Shown piece by piece: positions 43,501 to 50,995 of a stretch of DNA of 64,000 bases. Position 1 is the stretch's first letter; each line of letters begins with the position of its first letter. A program made the translations under genes and the position numbers. Source of the stretch: Rubricoccaceae bacterium (GTDB taxonomy: Bacteria > Bacteroidota > Rhodothermia > Rhodothermales > Rubricoccaceae); NCBI GenBank assembly GCA_033720695.1, contig JAWWCA010000001.1, positions 634 through 64,633 on the forward strand. The letters are read 5' to 3'. The notes under the pieces were generated by a model. That model was not told the origin of the DNA and made no database searches. It saw only the letters and a list, made by a program, of their open reading frames with translations.

Positions 43501-43786
43501 GGTCATGTTCCTCACGCTCGAAGACGAGACCGGCTTCGTCCAGTGCGTCGTCCGGCCCGAGGTCCTCGAACGCCTCGACTGGGTGCTCCGCCAGGGGGCC
43601 CTCATCGTCGAGGGCCGCCTACACAGCACCGGGAATTGGCGCGGCCTCGTGCTCACCGATGCGTGGCCCCTCCACGGCATCTTCGGCGGCTACAGTGGCC
43701 ACCCCGACTGGGCCGGCGGCCGCGACACGCTCATCACGGCGCCGGACGCGGACCCTACGCCACCGCCGGAGGCCGTGCCGGCGTGA
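40589..43786 (+). CDS. dnaE2: error-prone DNA polymerase DnaE2 (ImuC)
   Basis: Track ORF, 1065 aa. PHP start MFVHLHARSWFSFRAGGSSPEAI...ALTDRHGVYG. Pol III alpha core (FLVVHEV..., GRGSAANSIVAYLLGIT, PDIDVDF). Length and context are typical of DnaE2. Confidence 0.93.
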   Translation: MFVHLHARSWFSFRAGGSSPEAIARAAAAAGQPAVALTDRHGVYGAVRFAKACLDAGVRPLYGAEVVVDGHALILLAGSNDGYEHLCHLLTRGQLRSREAPAVTLDELAHDAHDLWCLTGTDDSRLWDLLDHDRPRDALHWAGTLHDIFGPRLSVELAHRLVPGDDRRITRLLRLAQQANLPTVATNDVRHASREDYWRYDLLSCIREGLSVFEPHPARPTNAERFLADETTLRRRLPLPAALARACEIADACHVQLITGEVTPPAARLPPETDAATHLRTLCERGLAQRYGEPPPGRAREQLEHELAVITGHDLDEYFLVVHEVTAEARRRGIRCAGRGSAANSIVAYLLGITNVDPLAHRLLFERFLHRGRASTPDIDVDFDAERREEIIDWIEQRFGISQTAMTATVITYRLRSALRDAAKALGWPMDIVNRLGKAVPHAHAAAAPEHRVAVEQVVGPSPLAERLLQAAAGLEGCPRHLGQHSGGMVLSRTPLRAFTPVQVSANGVKVVQFDKDDVEALGLVKLDVLALRMLATVSEAAELVERHEGVRLDLDALPLDDTRTFNLIRAGRTLGCFQIESQGQLHLLAQAQPESFDDLITEIALFRPGPLQGNMVHPFVQRRRGNEPVAYDDPSLEPVLRDTYGVILFQEQVLEVAHAFAGMPLEEADAFRRLMSKFRSSDEMESMRGRFVAGAVGRGVPEPVAQSVFDRVSKFVGYGFCRSHAAAFAQTVYQSCYLKAHHPAAFMAAVMQHRPGMYSLMTLQEEARRCGVQTHPPDLARSGPRYDLEPHPRGWAIRMPLAAVRGLDAEDALALVWERLRRPFADLEDLWRRAPLGAAKLESLAQSGALDSLAASSRDALWTLGVLARRLGPPGQATAPTLFSAPVVDALDVPDLPPLTEAERLSWDLETHGAARYHPVRLVRRQLTELEIRPIATTLPLGRLGHPNAHPRLRVAGIVMLRQRPPTAKGVMFLTLEDETGFVQCVVRPEVLERLDWVLRQGALIVEGRLHSTGNWRGLVLTDAWPLHGIFGGYSGHPDWAGGRDTLITAPDADPTPPPEAVPA

Positions 43787-45176
43787 TCGAGGTCAACACC
43801 GACTCCGAGTCCGACGCGCCGTCGCCGCGACCGTCGAACAGCGGGCCCAGCACGCGCTCCGCGTCCTTCACGCCGTATACCGCCCCGCTCCGACTCGACT
43901 GCCACTCCGCGACGACGTCCGCGCATGCGTCGCGGTGGCGACTCAGCGCCTGGACGCGTCGGCAACGCCGGTCCCCGTCGAACGCCGTGATCCCGAGCAC
44001 GGTGTCCGCCGCAGCACCCAGGCGCCCCAGCCCGGCCACCGCCCCCGCGAGCCCGCCCGCGCCCACGTCCGCCGCCACGCTGACCACCACCGCCAGATCG
44101 CGCTCCGCCAGCGCCACGAGCGCTTCGACCACGTCGTCCGCGTCCTCTTCTCCTCGATGCCGAAAGTCGTCGAGACTGTCGATGATCACGAGCTTGATCC
44201 CGTCGCACACGCAGCGGCGGGCGAGGTCGTCCGTGAAGAGGCCCCACCGCATCCGGCCGACGTCCCGCGCCGACAGGAAACTCACGCTGTCCATGCGGTC
44301 ATCGTCGAGCCCCGCGTCGTCGATCGACCGACGAATCGACCGGTGTGACTGGCCCGTCAGATAGGCGACGCCGCTTCGACGGGTGTGCTCGTCCATAAAC
44401 GGGTTGCCCGATGCCACCGCAGCGGCCAGGTGCAGCAGCCACTGCGTCTTCCCCGACGTCTTTGGGGCGCCCAGCACCCCCGTCACGCTGCCCTGCATGG
44501 CCCATGGATAGGCCAGATACGGCAACGCCAGCTCCTCGTACGCGCGGAGCGCCCCACCGCTGCGGAACGGGGGGAGCCCGCCGGGCGGGACCGGCCCCTC
44601 GTGCGTCGACGGCGCGGCGATGCCCACGCGCTGTAGCAGGCTCGGCGGCACCTCGCGGGGACGCGCCTCGCTCGGGCGCACCTCCCAATACCGACCCCCT
44701 CGCACGCTCTCGTGCGAAGCGGGCAGCAGATGGGCCTCGCCACCGAGCACGAGCTCGACCCCGGGCGCGATCGCATAACGCTGCCCCACCACCTCGGGGT
44801 GGCGAAAGAGGTACCGCGTCGTACCCTCGGCCGCATCCACGAAGGCCGGCACCCGCGGCACCCGGAACACCCGCGCCAGGTCTCGCCAGTCCATCCGCCC
44901 ACCCTGGCCCACCTCCACCGCCGCCAGCCCCGCGCGCGCGCCGAGCGCCACGCCGGTCCTCGCCTCCTCCCAGAGGTCACCCCACGGGGCGACATTCAGC
45001 GGATCGGTCGCAACCTCCCCCACCCAGTCCTCGAACCGCGGATGTCGCCCAGGGTGCGGGCACCGGCGAGCCCCGCAGCTGCACCGGCCCACGTCGTCGA
45101 TGACGTGAAACGGGAGGACGGGGAGGCCCAGCGAGGCGTACGTCGAAGCGTCTCGAATCCAGACCGAGGTGGACAC
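43755..45176 (-). CDS. bifunctional primase-polymerase (PrimPol) N-terminal domain fused to RecA-like AAA ATPase (plasmid/ICE-type replicase)
   Basis: Track ORF 43755..45293. The likely start is GTG at 45176 (VSTSVWIRDASTYASLGLPVLPFH...), because 45177-45293 is AT-richer and looks non-coding. Zinc knuckle CSCGARRCPHPGRHP. P-loop GVLGAPKTSGKTQWLL and Walker B LVIIDSLDD. The 3' end overlaps the dnaE2 3' end by 32 nt. Confidence 0.78.
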   Translation of the reverse strand: MSTSVWIRDASTYASLGLPVLPFHVIDDVGRCSCGARRCPHPGRHPRFEDWVGEVATDPLNVAPWGDLWEEARTGVALGARAGLAAVEVGQGGRMDWRDLARVFRVPRVPAFVDAAEGTTRYLFRHPEVVGQRYAIAPGVELVLGGEAHLLPASHESVRGGRYWEVRPSEARPREVPPSLLQRVGIAAPSTHEGPVPPGGLPPFRSGGALRAYEELALPYLAYPWAMQGSVTGVLGAPKTSGKTQWLLHLAAAVASGNPFMDEHTRRSGVAYLTGQSHRSIRRSIDDAGLDDDRMDSVSFLSARDVGRMRWGLFTDDLARRCVCDGIKLVIIDSLDDFRHRGEEDADDVVEALVALAERDLAVVVSVAADVGAGGLAGAVAGLGRLGAAADTVLGITAFDGDRRCRRVQALSRHRDACADVVAEWQSSRSGAVYGVKDAERVLGPLFDGRGDGASDSESVLTSITPARPPAVA

Positions 45177-45310
45177 GCGGGAACGGGAGTCAGGGAAGGG
45201 GTGGGGGACTATCCCTAAGGCATTTCCTGATGCCCCGGGAGAATGACGATACGACTCCGGCAGCACTATGCGCAACCAAGTCAAACACAGCATGTGACGC
45301 GCTGTGTGCA

Positions 45311-45437
45311 GCTAGCTGCTATGGGCTATGGGCTAGCTGCTAGCGAGCTATGCGATAGCAGACTTGCGCTCGCAACCGCCTCCCTCGTACCTTGCCCCAA
45401 GGCTATCATCTAGCTAGCTGCTATCACGTATCGGCTA
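45311..45437. repeat. heptad-phased GCTA boxes, candidate partition site / par operator
   Basis: 45311-45345 reads GCTAGCT GCTATGG GCTATGG GCTAGCT GCTAGCG (five consecutive 7-mers starting with GCTA), then A GCTATGC GATAGCA. A second cluster has GCTA at 45402, 45413, 45420 and 45434. GCTAGCTGCTA occurs three times (45311, 45332, 45413). Lies in the AT-richer divergent region before parA. Confidence 0.5.
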
Positions 45438-45452
45438 GGACAAACCTCTCTC

Positions 45453-46238
45453 ATGCGGATCGTCACCCTCGCCAACCTCAAGGGCGGAAGCGCCAAGACC
45501 ACCTCGGCGCTCTCCCTCGCAGCCGCCCTCGCCGCCTACGACCACGCCGTCCTCGCCATCGACCTCGACCCCCAGGCGTCGCTGACGACCTACGCGGGGG
45601 AGGACCCGGGGCCCGAAGCGGCCCGCCTCCTCGAAGGGCACCTCGATCACGCCATCAAGCCCACGCGCTGGTTCGCGCCCGCCAATCAGCGCTGCCCGCC
45701 TGCCGGGGAGCGGTCGGCCCTCCACATCGTCCGCGCCGACCGCTCCCTCGTCCGCCTCGAGCGAAATGCGCCCGCGCGCCTGGCCAACCACCTCGTCTCT
45801 CTCTTCCAGCACGTCGAGGACCAATACGACTATGCCTTCATCGACCCGCCGCCGCAGATGTCGGCGCTCGTCATGGCGGCACTCGCCGCATCCGATGACG
45901 TCTACGTGCCCATCGCGTGCGGGCGGGGGGCGCTCGATGGACTCAGCGATGTCGTCGAGATCACCCAGTCCTACGGCACGGCTCCCGTGACCGGCGCCTT
46001 CGTCACCCGCGTGAACGTGTCGAGCCACCACGACACCGCGCTCGCCACGCACGTCTCCGAAACATTCGGCGACAACGCGTTCGACACCTTCGTTCGTGAG
46101 ACCGTTCGCGCACGTGAAGCGGAGATGGCCCGCATTCCGCTGCCGGTCTTCGCCCCGGCCTCCACAGCAGCGCAGGACTACGGCCACCTCTCCTTTGAAG
46201 TCCGCCGCCGAACGGCGGCGGCCAACCCGACCGCGTAG
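45453..46238 (+). CDS. parA: ParA-family partition ATPase
   Basis: Track ORF, 261 aa: MRIVTLANLKGGSAKTTSALSLAAALA...AIDLDPQASL (deviant Walker A). Confidence 0.92.
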   Translation: MRIVTLANLKGGSAKTTSALSLAAALAAYDHAVLAIDLDPQASLTTYAGEDPGPEAARLLEGHLDHAIKPTRWFAPANQRCPPAGERSALHIVRADRSLVRLERNAPARLANHLVSLFQHVEDQYDYAFIDPPPQMSALVMAALAASDDVYVPIACGRGALDGLSDVVEITQSYGTAPVTGAFVTRVNVSSHHDTALATHVSETFGDNAFDTFVRETVRAREAEMARIPLPVFAPASTAAQDYGHLSFEVRRRTAAANPTA

Positions 46239-46241
46239 CCC

Positions 46242-46679
46242 ATGGCCAAGAAACGAACCGTCCGGCTCGCCGCCACGCCACCGGAGCTCCAGGAGAACAC
46301 CCACCCGGAGCCGCGACCCGGCAAGGTCCCGATCCGATCCGCACCCTCGGCCTTCCCGCGCGCACCGGAGACGCCCCCAGAAGCCGACGCCGTCCACGTC
46401 GCGCCGGCCGTCCCGCAGCTCGACGCCAGCGCGCGCGAACGCGACGCCTACTGGCGCGACGGCCGCGATACGATCCCACAGCAGGCCAACTACCGGATCC
46501 CACGGTGGCTCCACGACAAGCTGCGCTCGATCGCGCTGCACCTCGACGTAGACCAGACCGAGCTCGTCACCAAGGCGCTCGAACGGCTCGTCCGCGAGAT
46601 CGAGGCCGACCACGGCAGGTCGTTCCCGTACCTCCCGCGGAAAGGGGACTCCGAACGCGGCCCTAGCTACACCACCTAG
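46242..46679 (+). CDS. ParG/CopG-like ribbon-helix-helix partner of ParA (putative centromere-binding protein)
   Basis: Track ORF, 145 aa, 3 nt after the parA stop. Disordered N-terminus, then YRIPRWLHDKLRSIALHLDVDQTELVTKALERLVREIE (RHH pattern). Confidence 0.6.
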   Translation: MAKKRTVRLAATPPELQENTHPEPRPGKVPIRSAPSAFPRAPETPPEADAVHVAPAVPQLDASARERDAYWRDGRDTIPQQANYRIPRWLHDKLRSIALHLDVDQTELVTKALERLVREIEADHGRSFPYLPRKGDSERGPSYTT

Positions 46680-46689
46680 CGCGCCGGCC

Positions 46690-47406
46690 CCCGTAAACGG
46701 TCACCTCCTGCACGCAGAGAGGCTACGCCTGCGCCTGGAGCACGCCTTCCAGCCCCCGTAAACGGTCACCCCTCGTCCATCGCGAGCACTGCGAGAGCAC
46801 CCCCCGTAAACGATCACCTCCCTCATAAATCGACCAGATTCGCCGCTTTCACGCCACACCGGCCTGGGTCCGATGAGCGTCCCGGATCCGGTCACCTCGT
46901 CCCGTAAACGATCACCTCGTCCCGTAGACCTGCACTCCGCGTCCTGTAAGCGCGCACCTCGCGTCCCGTAGACTGTCACTCCGGCCCCCGTAGACCATCA
47001 CCCTGCACGCGGCTACATCACTGAATTTTAGGACGTTGCAGCTTGGCAAACAGTCTAAACCTCTCTCAAATCCATTCAAACGACGACGGCCCCCGTAAAC
47101 GGTCACCTCGCTCGCGCCGCGCCTTCGAGATGGCTAGGGACTGCCCGTTGGGCAGTATATGTACACCTATCAGTACCGAGGACGCGGTTGCACATAGACC
47201 AGTGCCACGTTGGCTGCCCACTGCCGGGCCTCGGCAGGCGTCGGCAACGGCACCAGGTGACCGTTTACGGGAAACAAACGGGGGGTGACCGTTTACGGGA
47301 CGGGCCGACCCAATATCCGTTATGCGTATAGGGGCTTTCCTGATCCCGGCGGCGATGACCGTTATGCACCCCGCAACCGCGCGCCCGGCAGGTGACCGTT
47401 TACGGG
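46690..47406. repeat. iteron array / candidate oriV
   Basis: CCCGTAAACGGTCACC-type repeats at 46690, 46755, 46803, 46901 and 47092. A tandem ~20-22-bp run lies at 46881, 46901, 46921, 46943, 46965 and 46987, with degenerate members (CCCGTAGAC...). The inverse orientation GGTGACCGTTTACGGG occurs at 47256, 47284 and 47391, with a degenerate copy near 47354. An AT-rich patch lies at about 47018-47090 and a DnaA-box-like TTATGCACC at 47362-47370. Confidence 0.8.
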
Positions 47407-47512
47407 ACGGCGACCGACCGATTTCAGGCCCGCGCTTGGACCTTCGCCAGCGCGCCCGTAACCTCCACGTGACACTCGCCGACACCCGTTCGCTCCCGTC
47501 CCCCCACCACGG

Positions 47513-48781
47513 ATGAATGGCCTCGCTCTCCGGAAGCACACCGGCGCCATCCACATCAAGGCGCCGCTGACGATGCTCCAGCGCAAGATCGCCAACGTCT
47601 TGCTGCTCAACGCCTACGACGAGCTCCCCGACCCCGCCGTCTCCGAGCACCAGATCTCGATCGGCCAGCTCGCCTCCGTCGCCGGCTTCGACTCCAACGA
47701 CTACGCCTACCTCCGCGACGCGCTCACGAGCCTCGTCGATCACAAGATCGAATGGAACATCCTCAACGATGGCAAGGCCGAGTGGGGCATCATGGCGTTC
47801 CTCTCACAGGCCTCCATCCGAGATGCCGTCTGCACCTACGCCTACCCACCGGTCCTGCGGCGAGAGCTCCACCACCCCCGCGTCTTCGCGGTCATCAATC
47901 TCAAGATCCAGGCGCGCTTGCGCAGCAGCTATGCCCTCGCGCTCTACGAAAACTGCGTCCGATACCGGCGCGTCCAGTCCACCGGGTTCCGCACCGTCGA
48001 GCTGTGGCGCGACCTCCTTGGCGTCGATGAGGGCGAATACCCCGAGTACAAGTACCTCAATCGCAGCGTGCTGAAGCCGGCCGTCCGAGAGGTCAACAAG
48101 AACACGGACATCCGCGTCCAGATGCACACGCTGAAGACGAAGGGCCGCATCACGCACCTCCGCTTCAGCGTTCACGACAACGAGGCGGCGCAAGGCGCCC
48201 TCGACGAGCCCGGCGACGACGTCCTCAACGGCAAACGCCTCCCCGACCCGCGCACGCTCGCGCCGAGCGTCGACGACCTCCTCAACGACCAGCAGATGGA
48301 GCTCCTCAGCTACGGGCTCACGCCGGCGCAGGTCATCGACCTCGGAACCGAGTACAACGCCGACCGCATCAAGCGAAACCTCGCCTACGTCGAACGCGAG
48401 ATCGGACTGGGCCGCATCCGCCGCGTCCCCGCCTTCGTCATCGCGGCCGTCCGAGACGACTACGCCGCCGCCGACGCGTCCGATGCGCGACGCCAACCGG
48501 TCGCCGCTGCCACCGACCGGCGGCGGGTCCAGCGGCAGGCCGAGGCCGATGCGGCCCAAGAGCGCGCCGAGCGACTCGAGGCAGCGTGGTCCCGCCTCTC
48601 GCCCGCGGAGCGCGCCCGCATCGACGACGCAGCCCTCGACCGCCTCCGCCGCGAGACGCCCTTCGTCTTCCGTAAGTACGAGGCCGAGTCGCGCGATGGC
48701 TCGCTCGGACCGGGCACGCAGGCGACCCTCCGCGCCCTCCGGTACGAGGAAATCGAACGCGCCGAAACGCAACAAACCTAG
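47513..48781 (+). CDS. Rep_3-type (RepA-like, iteron-binding) replication initiator
   Basis: Track ORF, 422 aa: ...LQRKIANVLLLNAYDEL ... LRSSYALALYENCVRYRR ... WRDLLGVDEGEYPEYKYLNRSVLKPAVREVNKNTDIRVQMHTLKTKGRITHLRFSV. This is the two-winged-helix initiator layout. It lies next to the iterons. Confidence 0.82.
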   Translation: MNGLALRKHTGAIHIKAPLTMLQRKIANVLLLNAYDELPDPAVSEHQISIGQLASVAGFDSNDYAYLRDALTSLVDHKIEWNILNDGKAEWGIMAFLSQASIRDAVCTYAYPPVLRRELHHPRVFAVINLKIQARLRSSYALALYENCVRYRRVQSTGFRTVELWRDLLGVDEGEYPEYKYLNRSVLKPAVREVNKNTDIRVQMHTLKTKGRITHLRFSVHDNEAAQGALDEPGDDVLNGKRLPDPRTLAPSVDDLLNDQQMELLSYGLTPAQVIDLGTEYNADRIKRNLAYVEREIGLGRIRRVPAFVIAAVRDDYAAADASDARRQPVAAATDRRRVQRQAEADAAQERAERLEAAWSRLSPAERARIDDAALDRLRRETPFVFRKYEAESRDGSLGPGTQATLRALRYEEIERAETQQT

Positions 48782-48934
48782 GGCCTCTCCTGAGCCCTCA
48801 GGTTTCACTTCAACGTTCTGGGGCACCCAGCGCCCTGTGGACGACCGCGTGGATGAATCGTGGAGACTGGGGCGTTGCCAGCGCAGCGCCCACTCGCTAG
48901 GATGGGGGCCCTTCCATGACCCCCCGGCTTCCGT

Positions 48935-49387
48935 ATGTCACGCCGATTTTCCGTGGACCGGTCCGCGCTCGACGACCACCCCCCACGCCTTGGCCCCTCT
49001 GTCGTTCTCGTCCACGATTGTGACGCTGCGGCCCAGTTCTATCAACGGGCCCTCGACGCCCGACCATGCGGACCCGAGGAGGGGCCGTCGAGGCAGCTCG
49101 CCCTCGCAGGCGCCGCGCCCACCGGTGGCGATGCCCACCTCTGGCTCGTCCAACCGCGATCGCCCGCCGAGACGTCGATCGTCGGCCGGCAGACCGGCGA
49201 CTGGCCCCTCCTCGTCCTCTACACCGCCGACTGCGAATCCGTCCGCCGACGCATCGTCGAGGCCGGCGGCAGCCCCGCCACCAGCGTGCCGATGGGAGAC
49301 CGCTCAGGCCCGGCGGCCTCGGCACGCGATCTCTACGGGAACGTCATCCTCCTCCTCGAGCGTCAACCGCACCACGTGGCCGCATGA
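48935..49387 (+). CDS. VOC-like protein (divergent)
   Basis: Track ORF, 150 aa: VVLVHDCDAAAQFYQRALD ... LVLYTADCESVRRRIVEAGG ... SARDLYGNVILLLE. Confidence 0.5.
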   Translation: MSRRFSVDRSALDDHPPRLGPSVVLVHDCDAAAQFYQRALDARPCGPEEGPSRQLALAGAAPTGGDAHLWLVQPRSPAETSIVGRQTGDWPLLVLYTADCESVRRRIVEAGGSPATSVPMGDRSGPAASARDLYGNVILLLERQPHHVAA

Positions 49388-49858
49388 CTACGCCGGGCCC
49401 GTAGCGTCGGCCAGCCATCGCGCAAACGTGCTGGCAAGGTCCCGCGCCTCCGCCGCCGAGTCCAGCAACCCATCGGCGTGATCGGCAAACCCGAGCGCCC
49501 CCGCCCAGGCGCCCAGCACGGCGAAGCGACCACCGAGCACCGACGCGTACACCACGCCGGCCGCGGCCACCGCCTGCGTTCGCGCATCGATGTTCGCGTG
49601 AACCGGAGGCGACAGCGCGGCCGCGGACGCACCGACCACCGCGTCCGGCACCGCGCCCTCCGCCCAGGCCCCTCCCGCGGCGACATAAGCCGCCTCCAGG
49701 CGCGCGGCCTGCACCCGCGCAGCCGCTTGCGCGTCCGCGAGCACGTCGCGCATCCCGTCGTCCACCACCTCGCCGTCCGGGATGGGTGGCACGACGCGGA
49801 CCGCTTCGAGCGTGCGGCGCAGCGAGACGAGGTAGAGGTCGTGGACGTCGTGGATCAT
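49388..49858 (-). CDS. divergent DUF892-like four-helix protein
   Basis: Track ORF, 156 aa. VHDLYLVSLRRTLEAV and AAAGVVYASVLGGRFAVLGAWAGALGFADHADGLLDSAAEARD align by eye with the canonical DUF892 gene at 20407. Its stop abuts the stop of the previous gene. Confidence 0.45.
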   Translation of the reverse strand: MIHDVHDLYLVSLRRTLEAVRVVPPIPDGEVVDDGMRDVLADAQAAARVQAARLEAAYVAAGGAWAEGAVPDAVVGASAAALSPPVHANIDARTQAVAAAGVVYASVLGGRFAVLGAWAGALGFADHADGLLDSAAEARDLASTFARWLADATGPA

Positions 49859-50011
49859 CGTGGATCAGAGGCGAGGACACCGCCTGAGAATACGGCTTAA
49901 CGCCGCTCGCGCACCGCGCGCGCCCGGGGAAGGGGAGGGAGGGGAGGGGAGCGTCACCGCCTCCGCCGCGCGTAGGTTGCCGCTCGCGCACCGCCGCCCG
50001 CCAACCCCTCC

Positions 50012-50926
50012 ATGCTCGCCGACGTCCTGACTGGCCTCCACGCCACCCCGCGCCGCATCCCCAGCAAGTACCTCTACGACGCCGAGGGCTCCCGGCTGTT
50101 CGAGCGCATCACGCAACTCGACGCCTACTACCCCACCCGGACGGAGAGGCGCATCCTCGCGACCCACCTCTCGACCATCGCGGCGCGCATCGGCCCCGAC
50201 GCCGTGCTCATCGAATACGGCAGCGGGTCGAGCGCCAAGACCCGCCTCCTCCTCGACGCCCTCGGATCCTCCCTCGCGGCCTACGTCCCCATCGACATCG
50301 CGGAAGACATCCTCCTCCACTCGGCCGACACCCTGCGCCAGGCCTACCCGGGCCTCCGGATCCGACCCGTCGCCGCCGACTACACGCAGCCGCACGTCGT
50401 GCCCGACGACCCCGACCACCGACGCAAGCGCGTCGTGTTCTTCCCGGGCTCCACCATCGGAAACTTCGAACCCCACGAGGCCCAGCGCTTCCTCGCGCAC
50501 ATCGCCGAACTCGTCGGGCCAGGCGGCGGGCTCCTCCTCGGCGCCGACCTCAAGAAAGACCCCGACCTCCTGCAACGGGCCTATGCCGATGACCTCGGCG
50601 TCACCGCGGCGTTCAACCGAAACCTCCTCGTCCGCCTCAACCGCGAACTCGACGCCGACTTCGACCTCGACCGATGGGCACATCGCGCCGTCTACGATGC
50701 GGACCACGGACGGGTCGAGATGCACCTCGTCAGCACGACGCGCCAAACCGTGCACATCGCCGGGCGCGCCATCACCTTCGATCAGGGCGAGACCATCCTC
50801 ACCGAGAACTCCTACAAATACGACGTGGAGGACCTCATCAATCTCGCGGCGCTCGCTGGGATGACCCACGTCCAGACGTGGACCGACGCACGTGGATGGT
50901 TCGCCGTGCTCTACCTCGAGGCGTAG
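50012..50926 (+). CDS. egtD: L-histidine N-alpha-methyltransferase (EgtD-like)
   Basis: Track ORF, 304 aa: IPSKYLYDAEGSRLFERITQLDAYYPTRTERRIL ... LIEYGSGSSAKTRLLL ... NSYKY. Confidence 0.85.
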   Translation: MLADVLTGLHATPRRIPSKYLYDAEGSRLFERITQLDAYYPTRTERRILATHLSTIAARIGPDAVLIEYGSGSSAKTRLLLDALGSSLAAYVPIDIAEDILLHSADTLRQAYPGLRIRPVAADYTQPHVVPDDPDHRRKRVVFFPGSTIGNFEPHEAQRFLAHIAELVGPGGGLLLGADLKKDPDLLQRAYADDLGVTAAFNRNLLVRLNRELDADFDLDRWAHRAVYDADHGRVEMHLVSTTRQTVHIAGRAITFDQGETILTENSYKYDVEDLINLAALAGMTHVQTWTDARGWFAVLYLEA

Positions 50927-50995
50927 GCGACGCTTGCTCGGCGCGCCGGCGCTGCGTTTCTTCTCGTCAACCGGCCCCACACACGCGAACGCGGT

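Larger units (their letters stand above)
43755..48781. mobile_element. plasmid/chromid-type replication-partition module (replicase, centromere-like array, parA, RHH partner, iterons, rep)
   Basis: Gene content and repeats are listed individually. I cannot tell from the window whether this is the resident replicon origin or an integrated plasmid. Confidence 0.6.

Noticed and set aside
45177-45293. N-terminal 39 codons of the PrimPol track ORF from ATG 45293.
   Set aside because: This stretch is distinctly AT-richer and translates to an odd peptide (MLCLTWLRIVLPESYRHSPGASGNALGIVPHPFPDSRSR). The PrimPol homology starts right after the GTG at 45176. It is more likely a 5' untranslated or promoter region shared with parA.
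46881-47002. Regularly spaced ~21-bp repeats, and the 21-bp repeat at 53835-53885, considered as a CRISPR array.
   Set aside because: The repeats are contiguous with no unique spacers of 25-40 bp, they degenerate progressively, and no cas genes are present. The context (par genes, a Rep_3 initiator, inverted copies) identifies the first set as iterons.
50012-50926. EgtD-like methyltransferase considered as part of an ergothioneine cluster.
   Set aside because: I recognise no egtB, egtC or egtE-like gene nearby, so no pathway claim is made from this window alone.
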